64,000 nucleotides of DNA. Origin: a bacterium (GTDB lineage: Bacteria; Zhuqueibacterota; Zhuqueibacteria; Residuimicrobiales; Krinioviventaceae). The position numbers were made by a program, and so were the translations under genes. Shown piece after piece: positions 9,873-21,801 of the stretch. The stretch covers positions 1,184,001 to 1,248,000 of the forward strand of contig OY843751.1 in NCBI GenBank assembly GCA_963693055.1. Reading direction: 5' to 3'. Below the pieces are notes generated by a model. That model was not told the origin of the DNA and made no database searches. It worked only from the letters and a program-made list of their open reading frames with translations. Every line of letters begins with the position of its first letter. Positions within the stretch are counted from its first letter, which is position 1.

Positions 9873-11954
9873 ATGTCGAATTATCAGGAAGTATTTCTTC
9901 AGGAAGCGAATGAGTTACTCTATGAGCTGGAATCTCAACTTTTAGAGTTGGAACAAAATCCAGATGATCTTGATCTGGTTGGACGTATTTTTAGAGCATT
10001 GCATACCATAAAAGGTTCTGGTGCAATGTTTGGATTTGATAATGTATCACAATTTACTCATGATCTGGAAAATATTTTTGATTTAATTCGAAACGAAAAA
10101 TTAAAAGTATCTCATGATTTAATTGATCTTACTTTGAGATCGCGTGATTATATGCAAAGGTTACTGGATGACAATGATGTGATAACTGTTGCATTAAATA
10201 TAGAGGGACTAAAACTGACCGAGTCTATTCAAGTTTTGTTACCCCAAAATGATAAAGATGATACCGGCGATTCTGTTAAATCTGATGAAACTTTGCCGTT
10301 AGAAACGACAAATGCGGATGAACCAAAAGTTTATTTTATCTCTTTTAAACCATATCCTGATCTTTTTAAAACAGGTACCAACCCTGTATTGCTTCTTGAT
10401 GAGTTGCAGGAAATGGGCGAGTACTATATTAAATCAAATTTGGAACGCTTGCCCGATCTTGAAGAGATTGATCCCGAGTCATGCTATACGGAATGGAATA
10501 TTTTAGTCAAGACAACAAACGATAAAATGATAATACAGGATGTTTTTATCTTTGTTGAAGATGTTGCTGAAATTTCTGTTGTTGAATTGGGAATACACCC
10601 CACATTAACTCAGAATGTGCTGCAAAAAATGATTGACCAAATTCCATTCAAAGCAAATTTGGAAAAATATGATCTCATGCAAATTGCAGATTCTTTGACT
10701 GAATCGGGAAAAAAACAGACATCTACAGGTGGTGGGGTTGATACATTTGTGCAATCAGGAAAAGGACCAGAAGCGACTATTCGGGTTGCGTCTGATCGTT
10801 TAGATACGCTTGTGGATCTTGTTGGTGAGTTTGTAACCATGCAGGCACATCTGGCACAACATTCTAAAAAAAGTAGTGATTCTGAAACACAATTGATGTC
10901 AGAACAGATGGAACGCTTGACCAGTGAGTTGCGCGATAATGTAATGAGTCTGAGAATGCAGCCCATAGGTACTATTTTTGGTAAATTCAGAAGACTTGTG
11001 CGCGATCTGTCATCTGATCTGAACAAAGAAGTAAAATTAATTACCGAAGGTGAACAGACCGAATTAGATAAATCTGTTATTGAAAAATTGAATGATCCGT
11101 TAATGCATATCATCCGTAATTCAATAGATCATGGAATTGAATTACCTGACGATAGATTAAATAAAGATAAACCCAAAGAAGGAACCGTAAGGCTTGCAGC
11201 ATCTCATTCCGGTGCAAATGTTGTAATAAAAATAATTGATGATGGAAAAGGGCTAGATAAAAACGCAATTTATGAAAAAGCGCTTGAACGCTCTCTGGTA
11301 ACCAAAGAAGCAAGCTTGAGCGATAGCGAGATATTTCAGTTTATTTTTCATCCTGGGTTTTCTACCAATACTGTTGTAACCAATGTATCCGGGCGAGGTG
11401 TTGGCATGGATGTTGTCAAAAAAGCTATTGATGCATTAGGTGGAACGATAGAGATTAAAAGTGAAGCAGGCAAAGGGACAGAGATCTCTCTGGTATTACC
11501 ATTGACCCTGGCAATTATTGAAGGCCTGCTTGTCTCATTAGGAGATGATTTTTTTATTTTACCATTATCTATTGTAGATGAATGTGTAGAATTGATAAAA
11601 AGCCAGGATGCAATTGAAGGGCGTCATTTGATTAATGTTAGAGGTCATATGGTGCCATATCTCCGGTTACGTGAATATTTTGGGATGGAAAAGAGTAATT
11701 CTGGAATAGAGCAAGTTGTTGTTGCAGAAATAAATTCTAATAAATTTGGTTTTGTGGTTGATAATGTCATTGGTGGCCACCAAACTGTTATTAAATCATT
11801 GGGAAAATTGTACAAAAATATAGAAGGGATTTCTGGAGCTACAATTTTGGGTGATGGTTCAGTGGCCTTGATATTGGATTTAATAAAATTAGAGCAAGCT
11901 GCTTTACAGCTTTATGAAGAAAATACAACAATTGTTGAATATGCAACGTATTGA
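9873..11954 (+). CDS. cheA: Chemotaxis histidine kinase CheA
   Basis: P1 FRALHTIKG, HIIRNSIDHGIE, SGRGVGMDVV, C-terminal CheW domain SGATILGDG. Confidence 0.97.
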   Translation: MSNYQEVFLQEANELLYELESQLLELEQNPDDLDLVGRIFRALHTIKGSGAMFGFDNVSQFTHDLENIFDLIRNEKLKVSHDLIDLTLRSRDYMQRLLDDNDVITVALNIEGLKLTESIQVLLPQNDKDDTGDSVKSDETLPLETTNADEPKVYFISFKPYPDLFKTGTNPVLLLDELQEMGEYYIKSNLERLPDLEEIDPESCYTEWNILVKTTNDKMIIQDVFIFVEDVAEISVVELGIHPTLTQNVLQKMIDQIPFKANLEKYDLMQIADSLTESGKKQTSTGGGVDTFVQSGKGPEATIRVASDRLDTLVDLVGEFVTMQAHLAQHSKKSSDSETQLMSEQMERLTSELRDNVMSLRMQPIGTIFGKFRRLVRDLSSDLNKEVKLITEGEQTELDKSVIEKLNDPLMHIIRNSIDHGIELPDDRLNKDKPKEGTVRLAASHSGANVVIKIIDDGKGLDKNAIYEKALERSLVTKEASLSDSEIFQFIFHPGFSTNTVVTNVSGRGVGMDVVKKAIDALGGTIEIKSEAGKGTEISLVLPLTLAIIEGLLVSLGDDFFILPLSIVDECVELIKSQDAIEGRHLINVRGHMVPYLRLREYFGMEKSNSGIEQVVVAEINSNKFGFVVDNVIGGHQTVIKSLGKLYKNIEGISGATILGDGSVALILDLIKLEQAALQLYEENTTIVEYATY

Positions 11955-11958
11955 GTAA

Positions 11959-12459
11959 ATGGAGGAAAACATGTCAGAAGTTTTAACATTGGAACAAACT
12001 CAATACCTCAGCTTTTATTTGGATGATGAACAATACGCTTTAGATATAACGCAGGTTAGAGAGGTATTGGATGTAACTAGAGTAACCAAGGTACCAAAAA
12101 CCCCGGACTATATGTTGGGGGTCATTAATCTTCGTGGTAGTGTTGTACCGGTAATAGATATGTGTCTTAAATTTGGCTTACCCAAAATCGAAATTACCCG
12201 AGATAGCTGTATTATTATAGTTGAAGTTAAAGTTGAGGAGGAAAAGGTCGTTTTAGGAGCTCTGGCTGATTCCGTCAAAGAAGTTTTTGAATTGGGATCA
12301 GAAGAGATAAAAGATGTACCTCAAATGGGTACCCGTTTGAAAACAGATTTTATTAAAGGTATGGGAAAATATAATGATGATTTTGTAATAATTTTAGATA
12401 TTGATAAAATTTTCTCTACCCAAGATCTAAGTCTGGTTCAAGAAGTAAATGAAGCATAA
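11959..12459 (+). CDS. cheW: Chemotaxis coupling protein CheW (true start probably ATG 11971)
   Basis: VREV, GVINLRG.VVPVID; GGAGG at 11961-11965 precedes ATG 11971. Confidence 0.95.
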   Translation: MEENMSEVLTLEQTQYLSFYLDDEQYALDITQVREVLDVTRVTKVPKTPDYMLGVINLRGSVVPVIDMCLKFGLPKIEITRDSCIIIVEVKVEEEKVVLGALADSVKEVFELGSEEIKDVPQMGTRLKTDFIKGMGKYNDDFVIILDIDKIFSTQDLSLVQEVNEA

Positions 12460-12484
12460 AATTAGGATGTAAGGGGTAATTAAG

Positions 12485-14539
12485 ATGAATTGGAAAGACC
12501 TGAAATTAAGTAATAAATTTGGTGTCGGGTTTGGAGTTGTGTTGGTATTATTGGCCGTTGTTGGTGTTTGGGCCATATTGGGAATTAGCGGAATAGTTTT
12601 TAACGCAAGTGAAGTTATTGGTGGTAATAAACTCAAAGCTGAAATGGAAGGCAGAATTGTTGACCATTTGAACTGGGCGGAAGATTTAAACCGTTACATG
12701 TCTGATAAAACCATGAACAAAATGACCGTGCAAACTGATGCACATCAATGTGCTTTTGGTAAATGGTATTATAGTGATGCCCGTAAGCAGGCTGAAGCTT
12801 TGGTTCCCGAATTAAAGGAGGTTTTTGCAGAAATTGAAGAGCCTCATACCCATTTGCATGAATCTGCAATAGAAATTAATGATTTATTTGTAAGAGCAGA
12901 TTTAGAACTGGGGAACTTTTTAAGAGAGAAAAAGACCGATCATTTGGCATGGGCCCACAGTGTTAAAGATGTTTTTGTGAACACATCGCTAACTACGATA
13001 AACGCGCAAATGGATCCTACTCAGTGTTCTCTGGGAAAATGGATGTATTCAGATGAGGTAAAGGAATTAAAACGTCAATATCCTGAATTTGCTGAATATC
13101 TTGAGGCTTTGGATAAACCTCACAGAGATTTGCATAATAGTGCCAGAGAAATTCAAAATTATCTCGGAAATAATAAAAGGACCCAAGCAGCATCATTTTA
13201 TATGGAGAATACAAGTCCTTTAGCCAGTGAATGTCTTGCTAGAATAGATAAACTACTCGAGTGGCAGGATGACAGGGTAGCGCAAATGAATGTTGCCAAA
13301 GACGTTTATGTTGAAAAAACAAGTCCCAGTTTACATACTGTACAGTCATTACTAACTAAAGCTGTTGACATTACAGATGAAAATGTAATGACTGATGATG
13401 AGATGCTCAGTGCCGCAGTTAATACCCGTACGGGTGTTATAATATTTGGCTTATTGGCAATACTGTTTGGTATAGGTTTGGCAATCACTATTGCAAAAGG
13501 TATTATTAATCCTATCTCTAAAGGGGTTGATTTTGCCAGGATTGTGTCAGAGGGCAATTTAACAGCTACAATTGATGTCAATCAAAAAGATGAGATTGGT
13601 ATGTTAGCTTCTGCTCTTCAAAATATGGTTGAAAAATTGAGCAATGTTGTTGCAGAGGTAAGATCAGCTTCGGATTATGTGTCTTCAGGGAGTTTAGAAC
13701 TCAGTTCAAGCGCGCAGGAATTATCTCAAGGTGCCAGTGAGCAGGCTGCCGCAGCTGAAGAGGCATCGTCTTCTATGGAACAAATGAGCTCAAATATTCA
13801 GGCCAATTCTGACAATGCACAGCAAACTGAGAAAATTGCTATCAAAGCTTCTCAGGATGCAGAAGCAAGTGGCAGAGCAGTATCTGAAACCGTTCAAGCG
13901 ATGAACGAAATTACAGAAAAAATATCTGTAATTGAAGAAATTGCAAGACAGACAGATCTGTTGGCATTGAATGCTGCCATTGAAGCCGCAAGAGCGGGTG
14001 AACATGGTAAAGGTTTTGCTGTTGTAGCAGATGGTGTTAGAAAACTTGCTGAACGCAGTCAGCAAACTGCTGCAGAAATTAGTAATATTGCACGTTCAAG
14101 TGTAGATGTAGCGCAAAAAGCCGGCGAAATGTTAAACCAGCTGGTACCAGATATCAAGAGGACTGCTGATCTGGTTCAGGAAATTAATGCTGCAAGTATT
14201 GAACAAACTGCAGGTGCTGACCAGATAAATAAAGCAATTCAGCAACTCGACCAGGTTATTCAGCAAAATGCATCCGCGGCTGAAGAAATGTCTTCTACTT
14301 CTGAAGAACTTGCAGGTCAGTCGGAACAATTACAAAGCACAATAGAGTTTTTCATAGTTAACCAGTATACATCACAAAAGAATAAGACGGTTAAAGCCAG
14401 GGCCAAGGTTGCTCATATTAATGGTGCAAATAATGGTTCCAACTCGAATGGGAATGGTGAACATTATTCCGGAGTTGACATAGATTTGGATATATCTTCT
14501 GGTGGAGATAAACTGGATAAAGATTTTGAAAGATTTTAA
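12485..14539 (+). CDS. Methyl-accepting chemotaxis protein: TM-CZB-CZB-TM-HAMP-MA
   Basis: [27 protein letters not shown]; two DH..W/C..GKW/H..LH sets; C-terminal DFERF. Confidence 0.93.
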   Translation: MNWKDLKLSNKFGVGFGVVLVLLAVVGVWAILGISGIVFNASEVIGGNKLKAEMEGRIVDHLNWAEDLNRYMSDKTMNKMTVQTDAHQCAFGKWYYSDARKQAEALVPELKEVFAEIEEPHTHLHESAIEINDLFVRADLELGNFLREKKTDHLAWAHSVKDVFVNTSLTTINAQMDPTQCSLGKWMYSDEVKELKRQYPEFAEYLEALDKPHRDLHNSAREIQNYLGNNKRTQAASFYMENTSPLASECLARIDKLLEWQDDRVAQMNVAKDVYVEKTSPSLHTVQSLLTKAVDITDENVMTDDEMLSAAVNTRTGVIIFGLLAILFGIGLAITIAKGIINPISKGVDFARIVSEGNLTATIDVNQKDEIGMLASALQNMVEKLSNVVAEVRSASDYVSSGSLELSSSAQELSQGASEQAAAAEEASSSMEQMSSNIQANSDNAQQTEKIAIKASQDAEASGRAVSETVQAMNEITEKISVIEEIARQTDLLALNAAIEAARAGEHGKGFAVVADGVRKLAERSQQTAAEISNIARSSVDVAQKAGEMLNQLVPDIKRTADLVQEINAASIEQTAGADQINKAIQQLDQVIQQNASAAEEMSSTSEELAGQSEQLQSTIEFFIVNQYTSQKNKTVKARAKVAHINGANNGSNSNGNGEHYSGVDIDLDISSGGDKLDKDFERF

Positions 14540-14541
14540 TT

Positions 14542-14577
14542 AAAAAACTCTCCCCAAATTATTGGGAGAGTTTTTTT
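14542..14577 (+). terminator. Intrinsic terminator-like hairpin between mcp and cheR
   Basis: AAAAAACTCTCCC..GGGAGAGTTTTTTT. Confidence 0.75.
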
Positions 14578-14614
14578 AATATTTTGGTAGCGAACTTGAA
14601 CACAGGACCAACAA

Positions 14615-15442
14615 TTGTTTCAATTAACATCCAAAGATTTTAAACGTCTGAGCACTTTTATTCAGGATGGATATGGAATAAAAATGCCAGATACAAAAAT
14701 TACCATGTTGCAATCGAGATTGCAAAAAAGATTACGTTTGTTGGGTATGAATTCTTTTTCCGATTATTGTGATATGATTTTTTCTTTAGAGCAAGGTGAA
14801 GATGAATTGGTACATATGATCGATGCGGTCACAACAAACAAGACTGATTTTTTCCGTGAACCCGCCCATTACCGATATTTAATAAATACTGCATTACCTG
14901 ATTTGATGTCTCGTAAGGAAAATAGAAATATAAATGTATGGAGTGCAGGGTGTTCGACCGGAGAAGAACCCTACACATTGGCTATGGTGCTTGATAATTA
15001 TTTGTCTTATGAACATTTTACTTTTTCAATTATGGCAACTGATTTATCATCACGGGTATTGGAAACAGCTCGAATGGCTGTGTATGACGAGAGCAAAGTG
15101 GCCCCCGTTCCATTTGAAATGAAAAAGAAATACCTGCTAAGGAGTAAAGACAGAGCAAGTAAGCAGGTGAGAATTGTACCCGAGTTGCGGTCAAAGGTAC
15201 AATTTAAATCTTTGAATTTTATGGACAATGAATTTAGAACCATAAACACAACTTTTGATCTTGTCTTTTGTAGAAATGTTATCATTTATTTTGAGCGGGA
15301 TATTCAGGCAGAAATTATTGGAAAACAGGTGAAATTTTTAAATCCCGGAGGTTATTTGTTTTTAGGTCATTCAGAAACATTATTTGGTTTAGATTTACCT
15401 TTAAAACTGGTAGCTCCAACGATTTATCAAAAACTAAAATAA
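14615..15442 (+). CDS. cheR: Chemotaxis methyltransferase CheR
   Basis: TTNKTDFFRE, WSAGCSTGEEPY, FCRNVIIYF, GHSE; TTG start. Confidence 0.95.
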   Translation: MFQLTSKDFKRLSTFIQDGYGIKMPDTKITMLQSRLQKRLRLLGMNSFSDYCDMIFSLEQGEDELVHMIDAVTTNKTDFFREPAHYRYLINTALPDLMSRKENRNINVWSAGCSTGEEPYTLAMVLDNYLSYEHFTFSIMATDLSSRVLETARMAVYDESKVAPVPFEMKKKYLLRSKDRASKQVRIVPELRSKVQFKSLNFMDNEFRTINTTFDLVFCRNVIIYFERDIQAEIIGKQVKFLNPGGYLFLGHSETLFGLDLPLKLVAPTIYQKLK

Positions 15443-16528
<1,086 letters not shown>

Positions 16529-16550
16529 GATTGATACCGGGAGGAACTAT

Positions 16551-17441
16551 ATGTCCCATTTATCAGATGATCAATTGTTAAAAGAGTTGGAAAACCGATT
16601 AGAAGACCATAAAAATATGATTGCGAAAACCGGATCTTTGATGGTTGAATTGGAATTATTAAATAAAAAGTTGATAGATTCAGAATCTTTAAAAAGTAAT
16701 TTTTTATCAAATATACGTAATGAAATTTTTAATCCCCTAAGCGTGATTTTGGGTTTGTCACAAAATTTGATGGATAATTCCATTATGGATCCCCAAAAGA
16801 TTAATGATATTGGGTATCTGCTTTTTAAAGAATCTTTTTCATTACAATTTCAGTTTAATAATATTTTTCATGCGGCTGACCTTGAAGCAGGAGAATTTCA
16901 AATTGAGCCTGTAAATGTAGAGATTGGCGCATTCATCCAGTCCATTATAAAATCTTATGATCATCTATTAAAAGAAAGAAATCTGGAATGTTGTATAGAG
17001 ACGCAAAGTGAGGATAGTAAGTATTTTGTTTCAGATTCTGATAAACTTTCTATTATAATTGTAAACCTTTTAGATAACGCTATAAAATTTAGTGAAATAG
17101 AAAGCAAGATTCTTGTAAATTATTCCATAAATGATAAAACTTTATTATTGTCAGTTCAAGATAGTGGTGTTGGAATAGATAAAAAAGACCATTTAAATAT
17201 TTTTGACAGATTTACACAACTTGATTTTGGTTCTACAAAAAAACATCATGGGCATGGTTTGGGATTATCACTGGTTAGAGAAATTGTGAAATTAATGGAA
17301 GGAGAAATCAAAGTAGAGAGTGAAACGGGAAAAGGCGCGAAATTTATTCTCATACTTCCGGAGATTTTAACCGATCCTGATAAAGATTTATATTCATCGA
17401 GTTCAAATGAGGAATTTTTTGAGGCTGGTGAGATATTTTAA
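16551..17441 (+). CDS. Histidine-kinase-like protein lacking the phospho-His
   Basis: H-box reads FLSNIRNEIFNPL; N box NLLDNAIKF, G1 DSGVGI, G2 GHGLGL intact. Confidence 0.85.
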   Translation: MSHLSDDQLLKELENRLEDHKNMIAKTGSLMVELELLNKKLIDSESLKSNFLSNIRNEIFNPLSVILGLSQNLMDNSIMDPQKINDIGYLLFKESFSLQFQFNNIFHAADLEAGEFQIEPVNVEIGAFIQSIIKSYDHLLKERNLECCIETQSEDSKYFVSDSDKLSIIIVNLLDNAIKFSEIESKILVNYSINDKTLLLSVQDSGVGIDKKDHLNIFDRFTQLDFGSTKKHHGHGLGLSLVREIVKLMEGEIKVESETGKGAKFILILPEILTDPDKDLYSSSSNEEFFEAGEIF

Positions 17442-17930
17442 ATGGTTGAGCAGTTAAAAACCGACAGTTATTATTTGTACCCGGGAGCTATTTTTGCAGA
17501 TAGATCTCCACATGTTGTAACGACGGTGTTGGGATCTTGTGTTTCTGTTTGCTTGTGGGATCCTGTGAATAGAATTGGAGGTATTAACCATTACATGCTG
17601 CCTTTTTGGAATGGGTATGGTTTGGCTACTCCTCGATATGGAAGCATTGCCATTGAAAAATTGTTGGAAAAAATGTTGGAATTGGGCTGTAAAAAAGAGA
17701 ATTTGATTGCCAAAGTATTCGGTGGAGCCAAAGTTTTAAATACAAAATCAAATTATCTGGATATTGGTAATAATAATATAAATATTGCAAAAAGTATTTT
17801 AGCCCAAAAGAATATTCAGATTTTAAGTAATAGTACCGGTGGGGAACAGGGGCGAAAATTAAAATTTTATACCGAGAGTGGTGTTGTACTGATGAAATTC
17901 TTAAACAATTCATATTCAGATACCCCATAG
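17442..17930 (+). CDS. cheD: Chemoreceptor glutamine deamidase CheD
   Basis: TVLGSCVSVC, GGINHYMLP, AKVFGGA, IG.NN. Confidence 0.93.
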   Translation: MVEQLKTDSYYLYPGAIFADRSPHVVTTVLGSCVSVCLWDPVNRIGGINHYMLPFWNGYGLATPRYGSIAIEKLLEKMLELGCKKENLIAKVFGGAKVLNTKSNYLDIGNNNINIAKSILAQKNIQILSNSTGGEQGRKLKFYTESGVVLMKFLNNSYSDTP

Positions 17931-17940
17931 GAGTTGTTTA

Positions 17941-20900
17941 GTGTCTAAAGTAAAACTGTTACTTGTTGAAGATGAAATTATTTTTGCAATGGATATGAAA
18001 CAGAAGCTGGAAAACGCCGGTTACTCTGTTTTAGGAATTGTTACCAATATGCAAGAAACCATGGCTGCCATTCAGAAAGAAGTCCCAAATATAATATTGA
18101 TGGATATAATGCTGAATGAAGAAGATGATGGGGTCAGCATTGCTAAAAAAATCAGACAGAATTATTTTATCCCCATAATTTTTATTACTGCTTTTACCGA
18201 CAAGGAAACATTTGACAGGGCAAAAGAAACAATGCCTTATGGCTATATTTTAAAGCCGATCTCTGAAAGAGATTTGTTTGTAACTATTGATCTTGCATTA
18301 TATAAACATTCTATAGAATTGCACCTGAAAGAGCGTGAAGAATGGTTTGAAGCTACACTTACCAGTCTGGGGGACGCTGTTATTACAATCGATTCAGATG
18401 GTTTTATTACTTATATTAATCCTACAGCAACTCAAATTACGCAATGGGAGACGAGTGATGCTATTGGCCAATATGTTCTTGATATTTTTAATGTAACAGA
18501 CTATATAAAATCAAATAAAGATAATCAATCTTTCATGTTGGAAGATAATACTTTTAAAACATTAGAGTCAGAATTAAAAACAAAATTTAATACAAATGTG
18601 CCTATAGAATTCAATATTAAACCAATATCGCGTGAAAAATTTGCAGCCAAAGGATATGTGATTGTATTCCGGGACATATCTGATAGAAAAATGGCCGCAA
18701 AGGCTCTGGTTAACTCTGAAGAAAAATACCGTACACTTGTTGAGAATATGCATGAAGTTTTATTTCATGTGGACCTGGATGGAAAGGTAACGTACATAAG
18801 TCCGGTTATACACAGAATTACGGGATTTTTACCAAGTGAGATTGAAGGTAAGCATTTTAGCACTTTGCTAGACGGGGAAAGTAAAGATGCCGCGAAAATA
18901 GTTTTTCAAAACACTCTTGATGGACAAAATCAGCATTTAGAAAGCAGAATTGTTCATAAAAAAGGTATAATAATATTTGTAAAAATTATGTGCCAGTTAA
19001 TAAGTAATGAGGGTAAAGTTACGGGGATTTCTGGAATCATTACTAATGTGTCTGAACAAAAGATCGCTGAAAAGAATTTAGAAAATGAGCAACATCTCTT
19101 AAACACGCTCATGAAACAATCTACAGATTTTATCTATTTTAAAGATAAGCAAGGTAAATTTATTCGGGTAAACGATAAAACGTTGTCAAAACATCATTTG
19201 TCTTCTTTTGGTGAAATAATTGGAAAAACCGATAAAGATTTTTTTATTGAAGCGTATGCTCAACAGGCATCTGAAGATGAACGTACCATTGTAGAAACGG
19301 GTATTGCCATTGAAAATTATGAAGAATTGGAGATATCACTTGATGGGACAACGAGTTGGGTTTCAACATCAAAAATGCCGTTAACTGATTTGCATGGTGA
19401 GATAATAGGAACATTTGGAATATCTCGTGATATTACTGAACTTAAAGAAGTGACAAATCAGTTGGTTGAATCTGAAAAGCGATTCAAAGACCTTGCAAAT
19501 TTGTTACCCCAGACTATATTTGAAATGAATGATGGAGGTATTTTTACTTTTGTAAACCAGCACGGACTGGAAAAATTTAACTGCTCAGCGGAGGAATTAA
19601 AGAACGGTGTCAGTTTTGTCGAGTTTATTGTACCCGAAGAAAGGGAACGGGCATTAAATAATTATGCTAAAAGAATAAGTAGTAAAGATATTGCAAACTC
19701 GGAATACAACGTACAATTAAAGGATGGTACTCGATTTCCAGTATCTGTTTATGCATCTCCAATATTCAATGATAAAAAATTTTCAGGTATGCGTGGTATT
19801 ATTATTGATATTACTGAAAGAATGCAAATGTTTGAGCAAGTGGAAAAGGCCAGGTTGGCAGCTGAAAAAGCGAATAGCGCCAAAAGTGAATTTCTTGCCA
19901 ATATGAGCCATGAAATCAGAACCCCAATGAATGGTATCGTTGGTATGCTTGACTTGTTAAAAGATTCCGTATTTGAGGAAAAAGAAAAGCAATATTTGAC
20001 GATTGCTGAAAAATCGGCTGAAACGCTTTTAAATATTATTAATAATATCCTTGATTTATCAAAAATTGAAGCCGGTAAATTAAAATTGCACAGTAGTGAA
20101 TTTAACCTTCGCATTCTCCTGGAAAATCTGGTTTCAATGCACCGTTTATCAAAACGTAATGATAATATTGAAATATCATTCAAAATTGATCCCTCAATTC
20201 CTGTCATTCTTGAAGGTGATTATGTCAGGTTGGAACAGATATTAAATAATTTGCTTAGTAATGCAGTAAAATTTACAAACCAGGGCAGTGTTAGAATTGA
20301 AGTGAAAAACAAAGATCTTGATTGGAATGTAGAAAAAGATCTAGATTTGCAGATTCAGGTTGTAGATACGGGTATTGGAATTGAAAAAGAAAAACAAAAA
20401 CTGGTATTTGATCATTTTACACAAATCGATAGTTCTTTAACCAAGCAGTTTTCCGGTACCGGTTTGGGACTAACAATTTGTAAACAACTTGTTACTTTGA
20501 TGGGCGGTACTATGGAACTGGAGAGCGAGCCTGGCTCAGGAACTACTGTATTTGTTAACCTTGAATTAAAAGCAGCTGATTCCTTGAAACAGCTGGTGTA
20601 TAAAAACTATATTAATATATTGCCTTGTTATATCAATGTGAAAAACAGTCAAGAACTTTTGCGACTATTAGAGCAATTTGATATCCAGGTGTTAAAAGAT
20701 GATTCGGATTTGAAATCTAATGATGATTTGATAATCATTGTTGAATATGATAAATTAAATGAAATTAAAGAAATAATCCTATCAAAACATAAAGTTGTGA
20801 TCTTGACAGATAAAGCTGACTCTAAGCTATATGAGAAATATACCCAGTCAATTCTGCTGCCGTTACAATTCAATAAATATGAATTGTTAAAAATACTTTA

Positions 20901-21669
20901 TGATTCGAGTATAAACAGTTTATATAAAACTGATATAGAGAACAAGAATGATAAGGAAAAGGAAGTTGACAATTTTTCTGATGGTTCTTTAATAAATGTG
21001 CTGGTTGCGGAAGATGATAAAGTAAATCAAATGGTCTTTGTGAATTTATTAAAAGATTATAAAGTAAATGTAACTCTGGCCCAGGATGGATATCAGGTAT
21101 TAGAAAAGTTGAAAACAGACACATTTCATCTTATTCTAATGGATATTCAAATGCCTCGAATGAATGGTTTGGAAGCTATTAATATTATACGTAACTCGGC
21201 TGAGAAAAATATTCCCACTGATATTCCCATTATTGTAGTAACGGCTTATGCGTTAAAAGGTGATGAAGACAAGTTTAAGCAAGCCGGTGCTAATGATTAT
21301 CTGGATAAACCTATTGATCGTAAATTGTTACTTGAAAAGATAATCAAATGGAGCGGCAAGATGCTCGTTTCAAGTGCTGAGAAAAGAAAACGACCTGATT
21401 CGGCAGCGGGAAATAAAATTCGCTTAAAAATTAAAGATTTTGATAAAATAGCTGAGACCATGGAAACATTGATCACATTGTTGGAAGAGAACGATGAAGC
21501 ACATGTACAGAAACATGCAATGACATTGTGTGATATGATTAAAAAATCAGATCATGATTATATATCACGGTTGGGTTTCAGGTTGGAGCTGGCAGTTGTA
21601 AATCAAAATTTTGCAAAAAGTAAAACGATATTGATCGAAATGCAGGAATTTTTCAAAATGAATTGTTAA
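17941..21669 (+). CDS. Hybrid sensor kinase REC-4xPAS-HisKA-HATPase-REC
   Basis: N-terminal REC, PAS/PAC repeats ending DI(S/T), FLANMSHEIRTPMNG, NAVKFT, GTGLGL, second REC LMDIQMP. Confidence 0.93.
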   Translation: MSKVKLLLVEDEIIFAMDMKQKLENAGYSVLGIVTNMQETMAAIQKEVPNIILMDIMLNEEDDGVSIAKKIRQNYFIPIIFITAFTDKETFDRAKETMPYGYILKPISERDLFVTIDLALYKHSIELHLKEREEWFEATLTSLGDAVITIDSDGFITYINPTATQITQWETSDAIGQYVLDIFNVTDYIKSNKDNQSFMLEDNTFKTLESELKTKFNTNVPIEFNIKPISREKFAAKGYVIVFRDISDRKMAAKALVNSEEKYRTLVENMHEVLFHVDLDGKVTYISPVIHRITGFLPSEIEGKHFSTLLDGESKDAAKIVFQNTLDGQNQHLESRIVHKKGIIIFVKIMCQLISNEGKVTGISGIITNVSEQKIAEKNLENEQHLLNTLMKQSTDFIYFKDKQGKFIRVNDKTLSKHHLSSFGEIIGKTDKDFFIEAYAQQASEDERTIVETGIAIENYEELEISLDGTTSWVSTSKMPLTDLHGEIIGTFGISRDITELKEVTNQLVESEKRFKDLANLLPQTIFEMNDGGIFTFVNQHGLEKFNCSAEELKNGVSFVEFIVPEERERALNNYAKRISSKDIANSEYNVQLKDGTRFPVSVYASPIFNDKKFSGMRGIIIDITERMQMFEQVEKARLAAEKANSAKSEFLANMSHEIRTPMNGIVGMLDLLKDSVFEEKEKQYLTIAEKSAETLLNIINNILDLSKIEAGKLKLHSSEFNLRILLENLVSMHRLSKRNDNIEISFKIDPSIPVILEGDYVRLEQILNNLLSNAVKFTNQGSVRIEVKNKDLDWNVEKDLDLQIQVVDTGIGIEKEKQKLVFDHFTQIDSSLTKQFSGTGLGLTICKQLVTLMGGTMELESEPGSGTTVFVNLELKAADSLKQLVYKNYINILPCYINVKNSQELLRLLEQFDIQVLKDDSDLKSNDDLIIIVEYDKLNEIKEIILSKHKVVILTDKADSKLYEKYTQSILLPLQFNKYELLKILYDSSINSLYKTDIENKNDKEKEVDNFSDGSLINVLVAEDDKVNQMVFVNLLKDYKVNVTLAQDGYQVLEKLKTDTFHLILMDIQMPRMNGLEAINIIRNSAEKNIPTDIPIIVVTAYALKGDEDKFKQAGANDYLDKPIDRKLLLEKIIKWSGKMLVSSAEKRKRPDSAAGNKIRLKIKDFDKIAETMETLITLLEENDEAHVQKHAMTLCDMIKKSDHDYISRLGFRLELAVVNQNFAKSKTILIEMQEFFKMNC

Positions 21670-21801
21670 AAATACCCTGGGGGCACGGATTCATTTCTCA
21701 CGATTCTGCAATTAATAACCTTTTGTAAAAAAACAATTTGAAAAGCTTGATTATTTGGTTATTTTAAATATTGAATTTTGACCATAATAAAGGAGTGTTC
21801 A

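Noticed and set aside
21680-21693. GGGGGCACGGATTC resembling a tmRNA/tRNA 5' end or transposon end
   Set aside because: No cloverleaf, no matching 3' end, no partner inverted repeat or transposase
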